Assembly (NCBI GenBank): GCA_035506515.1
Contig: DATJPG010000042.1
Span: 11,235 to 75,234, forward strand
Direction of reading: 5' to 3'
Length of the DNA: 64,000 nucleotides
Source: Acidobacteriota bacterium
GTDB taxonomy: Bacteria > Acidobacteriota > UBA6911
Every line of letters begins with the position of its first letter. Position 1 is the stretch's first letter. Of the stretch, positions 9,125 to 18,700 are shown in pieces. The notes below the pieces were generated by a model that was given only the letters and a program-made list of their open reading frames with translations, did not search any database and was not told the origin of the DNA. Position numbers and translations under genes: made by a program.

Positions 9125-10480
9125 ATGAACCAACTCCAGCCGGTGATATGGACGAAGGGCACGCTTCTCGGTCCTCAACATCTCCAGACGCAAGACCGGT
9201 TTATCGAGAGCTCACTCCAATTTCGGGTACAGTCCCTGATATCGAATCCGTGGGGTTTTTTGAAGCTGCAGGTGAAGCAGGAAGCGCTTGCGGCAGGGGA
9301 ATTTGCCCTTTCGGAAGCATCGGGAATCTTTCCTGACGGGCTCCTGTTCGATTTTCCGGCATCGGAACAGGCTCCTCCCTCGATCCCGTTAGGTGATGCT
9401 TTCGGGCCCGACCAGAATTCTGTGGATCTTTACCTGGCGATTCCCAACTACCGCCAAGCCGGCCTGAACGTTTCCATCGCTCAGCAAAAAGCGGATACGC
9501 GGTATTTGGCCGATGTGGTTTCGGTACGCGATGAAAACTCCGGGAAGGCAGAAAAGCCCGTGCAGGTGGCGCGCAAAAACTTCCGGTTCCTGACCGCAAG
9601 CGACTCGCGCCAGGAATGTTCGGCTATGTGCGTGGCCCGCGTCTGCAAGAGCGATGCCGGCGTTCTGCAGTTGGATCCGCAATACGTTCCCCCGTTGCTG
9701 GATTTTGCTGCGAGCGACTATCTATGCGCCATCGCCCGGCGCCTGGTCGAAATTCTGGCCGCCAAGAGCAGTATTCTCGCCGGAGTGCGGCGGCAGAAAA
9801 ATCTCAGCCTGGCGGATTTCGGAACCGCGGACATCGCACAGTTCTGGTTGCTGTACACGGTCAACAGCCACTTCCCCGAATTCAATCATCTGTTCGAGAC
9901 ACGCCACGGTCACCCGGAACGCCTGTATGCAGCCATGCTCTCTCTGGCTGGCTGCCTGACGACCTTTTCGCCCAAAGTCAGTCCGCGCGATCTGCCTGCC
10001 TACGTGCACGATGATCTCTCCGGCTGTTTTGGATCCCTGGATGAAACCGTGCGGACCCTTCTGGAGACGGTGGTCCCGAGCAACTTCGTCTCGCTTCCTC
10101 TCAAGCTGGTTCAGCCGTCGATTTACGCGACCGCACTGGCCGAGGACAAATATCTTTCGGGAACCCGCCTGTATCTCGCCGTCTCCGCGGACATGAACCA
10201 GGCAGACCTGATCTCGAAGGTGCCCTACCTGGTGAAGGTATGCTCGGGGAACCACATCGAACACCTCGTGCGCCAGGCCTTGCCCGGTGCAGCGTTGACG
10301 CACGTGGCGAAGCCGCCCGGCGCCATCCCGGTAAAGCTGAATCATCAATATTTCAGCATCAATCAATCCGGGGTAGCCTGGGAAGCGGTTGTCAGAGCGC
10401 GGAATCTTGCGGTTTATGTTCCCGGGGATTTTCCCTCTCCCCAGCTGGAGCTCATCGTTTTATTGCCTGAGGCGGTTTGA
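9125..10480 (+). CDS. tssK: T6SS baseplate protein TssK (ImpJ/VasE), copy 1
   Basis: 451 aa. The N-terminus VIWTKGTLLGPQHLQTQDRF is a TssK hallmark. It is divergent from the tssB operon across an AT-rich 440-bp intergenic region. Confidence 0.88.
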   Translation: MNQLQPVIWTKGTLLGPQHLQTQDRFIESSLQFRVQSLISNPWGFLKLQVKQEALAAGEFALSEASGIFPDGLLFDFPASEQAPPSIPLGDAFGPDQNSVDLYLAIPNYRQAGLNVSIAQQKADTRYLADVVSVRDENSGKAEKPVQVARKNFRFLTASDSRQECSAMCVARVCKSDAGVLQLDPQYVPPLLDFAASDYLCAIARRLVEILAAKSSILAGVRRQKNLSLADFGTADIAQFWLLYTVNSHFPEFNHLFETRHGHPERLYAAMLSLAGCLTTFSPKVSPRDLPAYVHDDLSGCFGSLDETVRTLLETVVPSNFVSLPLKLVQPSIYATALAEDKYLSGTRLYLAVSADMNQADLISKVPYLVKVCSGNHIEHLVRQALPGAALTHVAKPPGAIPVKLNHQYFSINQSGVAWEAVVRARNLAVYVPGDFPSPQLELIVLLPEAV

Positions 10481-11981
10481 ACCGCTCAATTTCAATAAAG
10501 CCCCCGGACACCATCGACGCAGCGGCGCGTGCGAATTCGCCCGGCGGCGTGGCTCCCGGCAGGACATCATTCCGAATTAGCGTCGTCAACGCTTCACGCC
10601 CTGTGATTTTTCCATCGCATAAGGAAATCAGATGCGCCATCCAGGGCTGAATATTGCATTCCATATTAAAAGGGTATTGTGTCTGCAGCTTGTAGGATGA
10701 AGGATTCCAGCAGCCCTTTTCCAGACGATGCATCACAAGAAACTCCGTCTGCGGCGAGGCGTGCAAGGGAGAATCCAGGATAATCCGCTCCAGGTCGTCG
10801 CTGCACGATACGGATTCCCATTTCAATAGCCACTCCCATGGAGATCGCGAGGCGGAAGGAGAGGCTTGGCGCCGGACCGTGAAGATCCTGTGCGTTCCTG
10901 ATCTCTTCTGGATACAGATGAAACCATAGACAAGGGCGGTGATTCCCAGGTTATTAAACAACTGGCGCCACAGCTCGGATTCTTCTCGAGAGCGCATCGT
11001 TTCCCTGTTCTGGCGCTGTGCAAACTCCTGAGGTTCATACTCCCGGCGGGACAGGAACGCGATATCGAAATCCTTCTCTCTGGCGCCGAGCCAATCCCGG
11101 ACACGGTGTTCAAACGATCGTTCTCTACGATCGGTTCCCATCGTGAGCGCCAGGAATCTGCCTCCCTCCTTCAGATGATCGGGCAGCCCTGCCACGATCC
11201 GGCGGGTTATTTCTTCTCCGTCGCTTCCGCCGCTGTAGAAAATCCACTTAGGCTGGAGAGTCGGAACATAGGGCGGGTGGGCGGAGATGAAATCGAATCG
11301 GCAGTTTTCAAATCCTTGATACAGGTCGCTCGTCACAACCTTCACGTTGGAAATGCCATTCAGTTGCCGGTTAAATTCCGCAAATTGGGTGGAGCGGTCT
11401 GCGATGTCGCCAGACCACGCGTGCTGCGCGCTCCCTTTGGCGGCAAGCAAAGCCGCGATCCCCGTGCCCCCGCAAAGGTCGAGAAATTCTCCGCGCGGCT
11501 GTTCGGGCAAGTGGCGGAGGAACAGGCGGGTGTTGGGAAGAAAAGCCGGAAACACGATATCTTCCGCCACCGGCATCGAGGTGCCGTCGTATGTATTCCA
11601 CCGGTCGGAGGCGATGTACAGATCGCCCACAGGATACAGGGCGATGGTGGCATGGTATGCATCAGAGTCGGCGTCCCATCGAAGCAATCCCATACCCTCA
11701 AGAACCGCAATCATTCCGGCATCGAAGAATTCCCGCAGGGTATTCGAATGAACGATTTCGCCTGCCAGAAAAAGGGTTGTAAGAGCATCGGCTGCAGATT
11801 CACAGGCCGGCAGCGGAGGGCGCTGCTTCCGGTCTATCTCGAAGTCTTCGGCGTGTTCGAGGCGAAATCGTCTGCACAAAAACTCGTCGCTGTAATCCAT
11901 CGCTCGCAGAAAATCCCGCAATTCGCAGAACTGCCCCGTCTTCCCTAAAGCTCCTGCGTCGATGACAGAAGGGTACATCAC
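10452..11981 (-). CDS. SAM-dependent amino-methyltransferase, HemK/PrmC-like (LDLCGGTGIAAL motif I; DFISAHPPY motif IV) with an N-terminal extra domain of about 150 aa
   Basis: 509 aa. Motif I and an (N/D/H)PPY-type motif IV are spaced as in protein-glutamine and N6-adenine methyltransferases. It is 6 nt downstream of the repeat-protein gene (coupled). Its 3' end overlaps the tssK copy-1 3' end convergently. Confidence 0.7.
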   Translation of the reverse strand: MMYPSVIDAGALGKTGQFCELRDFLRAMDYSDEFLCRRFRLEHAEDFEIDRKQRPPLPACESAADALTTLFLAGEIVHSNTLREFFDAGMIAVLEGMGLLRWDADSDAYHATIALYPVGDLYIASDRWNTYDGTSMPVAEDIVFPAFLPNTRLFLRHLPEQPRGEFLDLCGGTGIAALLAAKGSAQHAWSGDIADRSTQFAEFNRQLNGISNVKVVTSDLYQGFENCRFDFISAHPPYVPTLQPKWIFYSGGSDGEEITRRIVAGLPDHLKEGGRFLALTMGTDRRERSFEHRVRDWLGAREKDFDIAFLSRREYEPQEFAQRQNRETMRSREESELWRQLFNNLGITALVYGFICIQKRSGTHRIFTVRRQASPSASRSPWEWLLKWESVSCSDDLERIILDSPLHASPQTEFLVMHRLEKGCWNPSSYKLQTQYPFNMECNIQPWMAHLISLCDGKITGREALTTLIRNDVLPGATPPGEFARAAASMVSGGFIEIERFKPPQAIKR

Positions 11982-11987
11982 TCTTCC

Positions 11988-13424
11988 TCACTTCCTCGCT
12001 GTAACCACGATAATGGCGATCACGGCCAGAAGAACCAGGATGACGATGATCAGCACTGGAATCATTTTCGAAGGTTGTTTCGCGGGTACGGGCGTTTCCT
12101 GCATTCGGGTCGGGGCCGGAACCGGCTCTGTTGCCAGTTCCTGCGGGAGCGACTGAGCGCTGAACATGCGCGTGTATTCGCCGGGAGCGCTTGCTGCCGG
12201 CGAAGCCGGGCTTGATTCTGCCAGCGGCGCTACGGGGCCCAGCGGAGGAATTTCAGCCGATGAATCGCCGAAGATCTTCGTAAATTCGCCGGCCGCCGGT
12301 GCAAAGGACTGAGGTGGCTTGGATGCGTGGATAGTTTCGCTCTGCTTGGGTGCAGATGCGGAAGATGGCTGGCCGAAGATTCCGGTAAAGGAAGTGGGCG
12401 GAACTGTCGCCCGGTCACCGCTGCCGAAGACGCGCGCGAATTCTCCCTGAGATTCAGGCTTTTGAGGCATAGGCGCCGGTGTAGGAGCCGGAGAGGATGC
12501 CGCGCTGAAAAATCGCGTGAACTCTCCCGGTCCTGATTGCGCCTGCTTAGGCGGCACAGGCGGCGTTGAAGCTTTCGACCCCTGGGGCACAGATTCCCCT
12601 ATGGGAGCGGCGGCCGCCTCAAACACTTGCGTGAATGATCCCGGCGCAGACGGGGCTGGGGTCGGGGCCGGTTGAGGCGTCGGAGGTTTTAATGCTCCGG
12701 GCGCAGGTTCGCCGATTGGAGCGGCGGCAGCCTGGAACATTTGGGTGAAGGATCCCGGCGCAGATGGAGCCGGGGCCGGGGCCGGCTGAGGCGTCGGAGG
12801 CTTTGATGCTTCGGGCGCAGGTTCGCCGATTGGAGCGGGGGCAGCCTGGAACATTTGAGTAAACGATCCCGGCCTAGATTCAACCGGGGGCGGTGCAGGA
12901 GCGATTGGCAATTCGGCCGCAGGCTCACCGATCGGGGCCGCAGGAGCTTGAAACATTTGCGTAAAAGAACCGGCCGCGCTGTGCGCGGGTGTTTGTTCCT
13001 CGGCATGCATGTCCACAGCACCGGATTCCCTCGATACCTTCGGGGATCCTGCCGGCGCGGATTTGAGTTCGGCGGGAACGTGCCACACGCCGGCTTTCGT
13101 AAACTCCCCCGGTTTGTGAGCCGGCGCTTCCGACGCCGCGGCATGGAATCGCGACAGGCGGGTTTTGAGTTCCGCAAGATTGCCGACCGGTTCTGTCACA
13201 ACATAGATTGTTCCGCGATTATCGCCGGTATCAATCAGTTCCGGAAACTGCGCTCGGTCGACTTCCCGCAGCTTGGCGAGAAAATCTTGCTGAGCGTGGG
13301 CTTGCTCACCCACGAAGAGAAACACGGTGACTTTTTTCCCGGTTGCAATTTCCTTGGCGACGAATGTCTTGGCGCCGTCCTCCCCGGCAAGCTCGAGAAG
13401 CTGATATCTTTCGTCGAAACTCAT
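11988..13424 (-). CDS. Tail-anchored membrane protein with a degenerate kinase N-lobe-like N-terminal domain, about 9 Pro/Ala-rich repeats (GSFTQMFQ / GEFTxxF) and a C-terminal TM helix
   Basis: The start is taken at the Met with a GGAG RBS; the ORF track extends to 13475. The N-terminus YQLLELAGEDGAKTFVAKEIATGKKVTV aligns by eye to the kinase glycine-loop/VAIK region of the nearby STK, but the catalytic Lys is missing. Residues about 120-450 are low-complexity repeats. The C-terminus MIPVLIIVILVLLAVIAIIVVTARK is a single TM span. Confidence 0.6.
   Translation of the reverse strand: MSFDERYQLLELAGEDGAKTFVAKEIATGKKVTVFLFVGEQAHAQQDFLAKLREVDRAQFPELIDTGDNRGTIYVVTEPVGNLAELKTRLSRFHAAASEAPAHKPGEFTKAGVWHVPAELKSAPAGSPKVSRESGAVDMHAEEQTPAHSAAGSFTQMFQAPAAPIGEPAAELPIAPAPPPVESRPGSFTQMFQAAPAPIGEPAPEASKPPTPQPAPAPAPSAPGSFTQMFQAAAAPIGEPAPGALKPPTPQPAPTPAPSAPGSFTQVFEAAAAPIGESVPQGSKASTPPVPPKQAQSGPGEFTRFFSAASSPAPTPAPMPQKPESQGEFARVFGSGDRATVPPTSFTGIFGQPSSASAPKQSETIHASKPPQSFAPAAGEFTKIFGDSSAEIPPLGPVAPLAESSPASPAASAPGEYTRMFSAQSLPQELATEPVPAPTRMQETPVPAKQPSKMIPVLIIVILVLLAVIAIIVVTARK
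12125..13115. repeat. Intragenic tandem repeat array of about 114-bp period (about 9 units; the central units are near-identical)
   Basis: Near-identical DNA units are visible, for example around 12640-12760 versus 12755-12875, each encoding GSFTQMFQAAAAPIGEPAP...PTPQPAP. Confidence 0.75.
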
Positions 13425-13622
13425 AGTTTTGGCTCCGTTTTGCCTCATCATGTCACATCGGCAATTGCCGATCAATAAGAGGAGGCTTTTAGAGAATAGA
13501 ACCGTGCCTAGTGCGTGTATAATAGACTGGCATCCCGCGGGCGCTCTGGAGTAATCTCAATAGCGCACCAGGGAAAATTTTTACGACCGCGGTTTCGTCA
13601 CCATACCGAGCGGAAAAAGATC

Positions 13623-14975
13623 ATGAAGCACCTGTCGAGAGTTGTATGGTCCGAAGGCATGTACCTGGCTCCGCATCATTTTCAGGTGCAGAGCCGGTAT
13701 TTCGAAGATTCCATTCAATTCGCCGCTTCGGCGCTTTGTTTTGCCCCGTACGGATTTGTCGGCTTCGGATTGGATGTCGAGGCTCTGCGCAACGGTACGC
13801 TGTCCCTTCTGCATGCTCGCGGAATTCTTCCCGACGGGCTGTCGTTTCAAATGCCCGACTGCGATGCCCTGCCGGCGGCGCGAAACATCGCCGATCTGTT
13901 TCCCCCGACGCGAGACAAAGTCACGGTGCTGCTTGCAATTCCCGAGCACAAATGGAATGGGGTCAATTGCGCGCAGTCCGCAGACGATAGCGGCTGGGTG
14001 CGTTACAGCGCCGAGTCTCAAACGATACCGGACGAAACCACGGGCCGCGACGAAAAGCCGGTTCCACTGGGCCGGAAAAATTTTTCTCTGCTGCTCGACA
14101 CCGAAGCGCAGGAAGGCATTCTGGCGTTGCCGGTGGCCGTTATCATGCGGGATGGGACGGGGCATTTCATTTTCGATCCCGATTTCATACCGCCTCTGAC
14201 GAGCATCGCTGCAAGCGATCGTCTGATGAGCGTCCTCAAGCGCCTCATTGAAATCCTGGATGACAAGAGCGCGAGCCTTTCCAAAGGCAGCGCGGCGGCG
14301 GCGCGCACCTGGGCCGAGTATTCCACGCGCGATGTCGCACAGTTCTGGCTGCTGCACACGGTCAATTCCGCCCTTGCGCCGTTGCGCGATATGTATGCGG
14401 GACGTCACGTGCACCCGGAGCAACTGTTCGTTCAGATGCTTCGCCTTGCCGGCGCGCTGTGCACCTTCTCGATCGATTCGCACCCGCGCGATCTGCCGCT
14501 CTACAATCACAGCAACCTGGCCGGATGCTTCGGCACGCTGGATCAGCACATCCGCACAAACCTGGAGACGGTTGTGCCGACCAACGTGATCTCGGTACCG
14601 CTGCAGAAATCCGCCGATTATTTCTATGAAGGTCCGATCACGGATCAACGGTGTCTCGATCGCGCGCGCTGGATTCTGGAAATCCGCAGCTCCACCGGCG
14701 AGGTGGAGATCATTGCCAAAGCGCCCCAGTTGGTGAAAATCTGCTCCAAGCTATTTGTCCCTAAACTGGTCGAAAGAGCCTTGCCCGGCATGGGCCTGAC
14801 CCATTTGCCCACTCCGCCTACCGCCATATCCGCACGGGTGGATGCCCAATACTTCAGCATCAATCGTGCCGGCCCATGCTGGGAGCACATTGTGCAAACA
14901 CGGCAGGTGGGAATCTACGTCCCCGGGGAGTTGCCGAATCCCGAACTTGAGCTGTTGATCATCCTCGAATCCTGA
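13623..14975 (+). CDS. tssK: T6SS baseplate protein TssK (ImpJ/VasE), copy 2
   Basis: From the internal Met, MKHLSRVVWSEGMYLAPHHFQVQSRYFED is the TssK N-terminal signature; the ORF track starts at 13515. It is about 40% identical by eye to copy 1. It is followed at 16 nt by tssL. Confidence 0.85.
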   Translation: MKHLSRVVWSEGMYLAPHHFQVQSRYFEDSIQFAASALCFAPYGFVGFGLDVEALRNGTLSLLHARGILPDGLSFQMPDCDALPAARNIADLFPPTRDKVTVLLAIPEHKWNGVNCAQSADDSGWVRYSAESQTIPDETTGRDEKPVPLGRKNFSLLLDTEAQEGILALPVAVIMRDGTGHFIFDPDFIPPLTSIAASDRLMSVLKRLIEILDDKSASLSKGSAAAARTWAEYSTRDVAQFWLLHTVNSALAPLRDMYAGRHVHPEQLFVQMLRLAGALCTFSIDSHPRDLPLYNHSNLAGCFGTLDQHIRTNLETVVPTNVISVPLQKSADYFYEGPITDQRCLDRARWILEIRSSTGEVEIIAKAPQLVKICSKLFVPKLVERALPGMGLTHLPTPPTAISARVDAQYFSINRAGPCWEHIVQTRQVGIYVPGELPNPELELLIILES

Positions 14976-14990
14976 TAAGGAGACTCAGAC

Positions 14991-15704
14991 ATGATATCCA
15001 ATCCCGGTTCTCCGGCTTTGCTCCGGCGACACGAGAACCTCGCGCTTGTCTTTCAAGAAATCCTGGTCGGGAGTGAGCGTCTGCGCACCGGCCGCCAGAC
15101 AGTATCCGATCCTGCCGTTTTCAGGCAGCAGGTGATTGACGCACTCAAGACAGCGGACCAGCAGGCTCGCAACCAGGGGTATGCCGCCGAGGACATCAAG
15201 CAGGCCATTTTTGCGGTCGTGGCATTTGTGGATGAATCCGTTCTGAATCTGCGCCTGCCTGTTTTTGCCGATTGGCCTCGAAGGCCTCTGCAGGAGGAAT
15301 TGTTCGGGCATCACATAGCCGGCGAGATATTTTTCAAAAATCTGCAGGAGCTTTTGGGGAAAAACGATTCGCAGGATCTTGCCGACCTCCTGGAAGTATA
15401 TCTGACGTGCCTGTTGCTCGGTTTTGCGGGCCGCTACAGCCTGGGAGAGCGCGGCGAATTGAGGGCGATCACAAACGCCACGAATGAAAAGATTCAACGG
15501 ATTCGCGGGGGTGCATCGCCGCTGTCTCCGGCGTGGGAGCTTCCGCCGGAAGCTCCGCAAAAAACGGGAACGGATCCGCTGGTCCGTAAGATCGGGATTG
15601 CTGCCGCAGCCTGTTTCGGATTGGCGTTGATTCTTTTTATCGTGTACAAGCTGGTTCTCGATTCGGGCTTATCCAGCCTGGGCGAGCTGGCGGGAAAGCT
15701 ATAG
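14991..15704 (+). CDS. tssL: T6SS membrane complex protein TssL (DotU/ImpK family)
   Basis: 237 aa with a DotU-like cytoplasmic domain and a C-terminal TM helix (IGIAAAACFGLALILFIVY). It lies directly upstream of tssM. Confidence 0.85.
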   Translation: MISNPGSPALLRRHENLALVFQEILVGSERLRTGRQTVSDPAVFRQQVIDALKTADQQARNQGYAAEDIKQAIFAVVAFVDESVLNLRLPVFADWPRRPLQEELFGHHIAGEIFFKNLQELLGKNDSQDLADLLEVYLTCLLLGFAGRYSLGERGELRAITNATNEKIQRIRGGASPLSPAWELPPEAPQKTGTDPLVRKIGIAAAACFGLALILFIVYKLVLDSGLSSLGELAGKL

Positions 15705-15716
15705 GGAGATGCCGCT

Positions 15717-18700
15717 ATGATGATCTATCTGGGAGCAGGCGCTGCGCTGGTCGGGTATCTGATTATAGCCTGGATTGTGGGGAGCTTGTTGCACCTGGAC
15801 AGTTCGCGATTCAACACGCTATTTGCCATCCTCACCGTGCTTGGCATTTCTGCCACCGCCGCCTTCCTCTGGTTCTGGAAAAAATCGCACGCGAACGCTT
15901 CCGCCGAGGGGAGCCAGGGCACAGGCCCCATGGGGAAGGATGACGAAATCGATGCGCTTGTGCGCGAAGCGGAAAACCGTTTGGCAGCGTCGAACCTGGC
16001 AAAAGGCGCGAAGCTGAATAATCTGCCTCTGGTTTTTGTGATCGGGGATGCGGGATCGACGAAGACCAGCACGATCCTTCATTCCGGGCTCGACCCGGAA
16101 CTGCTGGCCGGAAGCGTATACCAGGATACGACCGTCGTGCCGACGCGCCTCGCCAATATCTGGTTCGCGCGCGGCATGATTTTCGTGGAGGCCGGGGGGA
16201 AACTGCTGGCCGAGCCTCAACGCTGGAAGCATCTGCTGCAGCGGCTGCGCCCGGCAAGGCTCCTTTCCGCCATGCGGGGAGAACAGGCGCCGCGCGCCGC
16301 GATCGTGTGCCTAGATGCCGAGACTTTCGTCCGCGCCGGGGCGGCGGACGCTCTGACAATGGCGTCCAGAAACCTGCAGAAACGGCTCTCCGAGCTTTCG
16401 GAAGAATTCGGCATCAGCTTCCCCGTCTATGTGCTGTTTACCAAAATGAACCGGCTGGCGTTTTTCGAGGACTTTGTGCGCGACCTGACGGCGGATGAAG
16501 CCGGACACGTGCTCGGGGCAACGGTCCCGCTGCCCGCGCGCGAGGGCGGCGTCTACGCGGAAGAAGAAGGAAAACGGCTGAGCGCCGCGTTCGACGCAAT
16601 ATTCTATTCGCTGGCGGACCACCGCGTCCTGTTCCTGCCGCGGGAAAACGATTTACAGAAAGTTCCAAACGCATACGAGTTCCCGCGCGAGTTCCGCAAG
16701 TTGCGCAACGGCCTTGTACAGTTCCTCGTGGACGTATGCCGGCCAAGCCAGCTGCGCGCCAGCCCTTTTTTGAGAGGATTTTATTTTTCCGGCGTTCGCC
16801 CCATTCTCGTGCAGGATGCTCCCGTGGCGACGCCGCGTCCGTCCGCCGCGCAACGGTCCCCATTTGAAGCGGCGGGAAGCGCGACGGGATTTTTCCAGAC
16901 CGGGGCGGCTCCTGCGGCCCCTGCTCCAATCGCGGCGGCCGCGGGAGGCACGCGCAAGGTGCCGCAGTGGCTGTTTTTAAGCCACCTTTTCGCGGACGTG
17001 ATTCTGCGCGACAAGGCGGCTCTGAGCGCCAGCGGCAGCAGCACCAAAGCGAGCACGCTGCAGCGAATCCTGCTGGCATCGGCGGCGGCGCTATTCCTGA
17101 TCTTCGCCGTAGGCTTCACCGTCTCGTTCTTCGGCAACCGCACGCTCGAAAACGAAGTGATGGAGGCGGCACGCGGAATTCCGCCGGGTGAGGCCGGAGG
17201 CATGAATCTGCCCACGCAGGATGCGCTGCAGAAGCTCGAAACGCTTCGGGCGTCGCTGGTCAAGCTGACCGCCTATGAGGAAGACGGCGCTCCCTTCAGG
17301 CTGCGATGGTTTCTATACGCCGGAACGGACCTGTATCCGGCGGTGCGCCAACTGTACTACACGCGGTTCAACCAGCTTCTGTTCCTTCAGACGCAGGGGA
17401 AAATGCTCGCGTCGCTGCGCATGCTTGCGATCCCGCCCGCGTCCACTGACGATTATGCAACAACCTATGACACGTTGAAGGCCTATCTGATCACGACGTC
17501 GGAATACAAGCGCAGCACAAAATGGCTTTCGCCGGTCCTGATAAACCGGTGGGCGGCCGGCCGCCAGGTCGACAGCATCCTGCCGTTGGCCACCAGACAA
17601 TTCGATTTCTTTGCGGAAGACCTCGTGCGCGGCAATCCGTTCGGGGATAAGAACGATTTCGCTGCCATCGACCGTGCGCGGCTTCATTTGTCCAAGTTTT
17701 CCGGAATCGAGCAGATCTACCAGTTCATGATCTCCGACGCTTCGCGTCGCGCAAAGAGCATCAACTTCAACGAACAGTATCCGGGTTCTGCGGATGTGGT
17801 GGTCAACAACGTCGAGATTCCGGGGGCATTTACCAGAGCGGGCTGGGCGGTCATGCAGGATAACATGGCCCGCGCGGATAAATTTTTCGGTGGCGAACGC
17901 TGGGTCCTGGGAGATTACGCCTCGGCAAAACCCGAAGCAGCCAAGGTGGAAGAAGAACTGCGCAACCGGTATGTTCTGGATTACATCGGCAAATGGCGCG
18001 ATTTCATGAACAACACGAAAGTCGTGCGCTTCGCCGGATTGAAGGACGCTGTCAAAAAGCTCAATACGCTTTCCGGCGCACAAACCCCCCTGATGGCGCT
18101 TTTCTGGGTAGCCACTCAGAACACGGCCGTGAGCTCACAAAAACTGACGGATATTTTCGACTCCGTCCAAAAGGTGGTACCGCCTCCGGCGACTACGGTG
18201 CAATACGTGTGGCCGACGAACCAGGAATACATGGGATCGCTGGCTTCTCTGCAAACGGCCGTCAGCCAGGTGGCCGAGACGGCTGCGACTCCGGGACCAC
18301 CGGATCCCAACCGCGGCCTGCCTGTGCGGCAAAGCGCGGATAACGCCCGAAATGTCCTCAAGAAGCTCGAGTACACATTTAAGATCGATCCGGAATCGCA
18401 CATGGAAACGGTGACATCCAAGCTCCTGGAGGCTCCGATCGATTACGCCGACGCGCTTACCAAAGGCATGGGTGCCGGCGAAATCAACAACAAAGCCGCT
18501 GTCTTTTGCAGGTCTTTCGCGACAATTACGAACAAGTTTCCCTTCAATCCGTCAGCCACGGCCGAAGTTACGCTTCAGGAGCTGAATGGCATGTTCCGCC
18601 CGCACGAAGGGAAATTGTGGACCTTTTACAACGAAACGCTCCAGCCCCTGATGACAAAACAGGGGCCGAGGTATGAAGCGAATTCCACTAGCGGCATCAA

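Noticed and set aside
12125-13115. Periodic repeats that could be mistaken for a CRISPR array
   Set aside because: The repeats are contiguous 114-bp tandem units inside a single long ORF, with no unique spacers. No cas genes are present.
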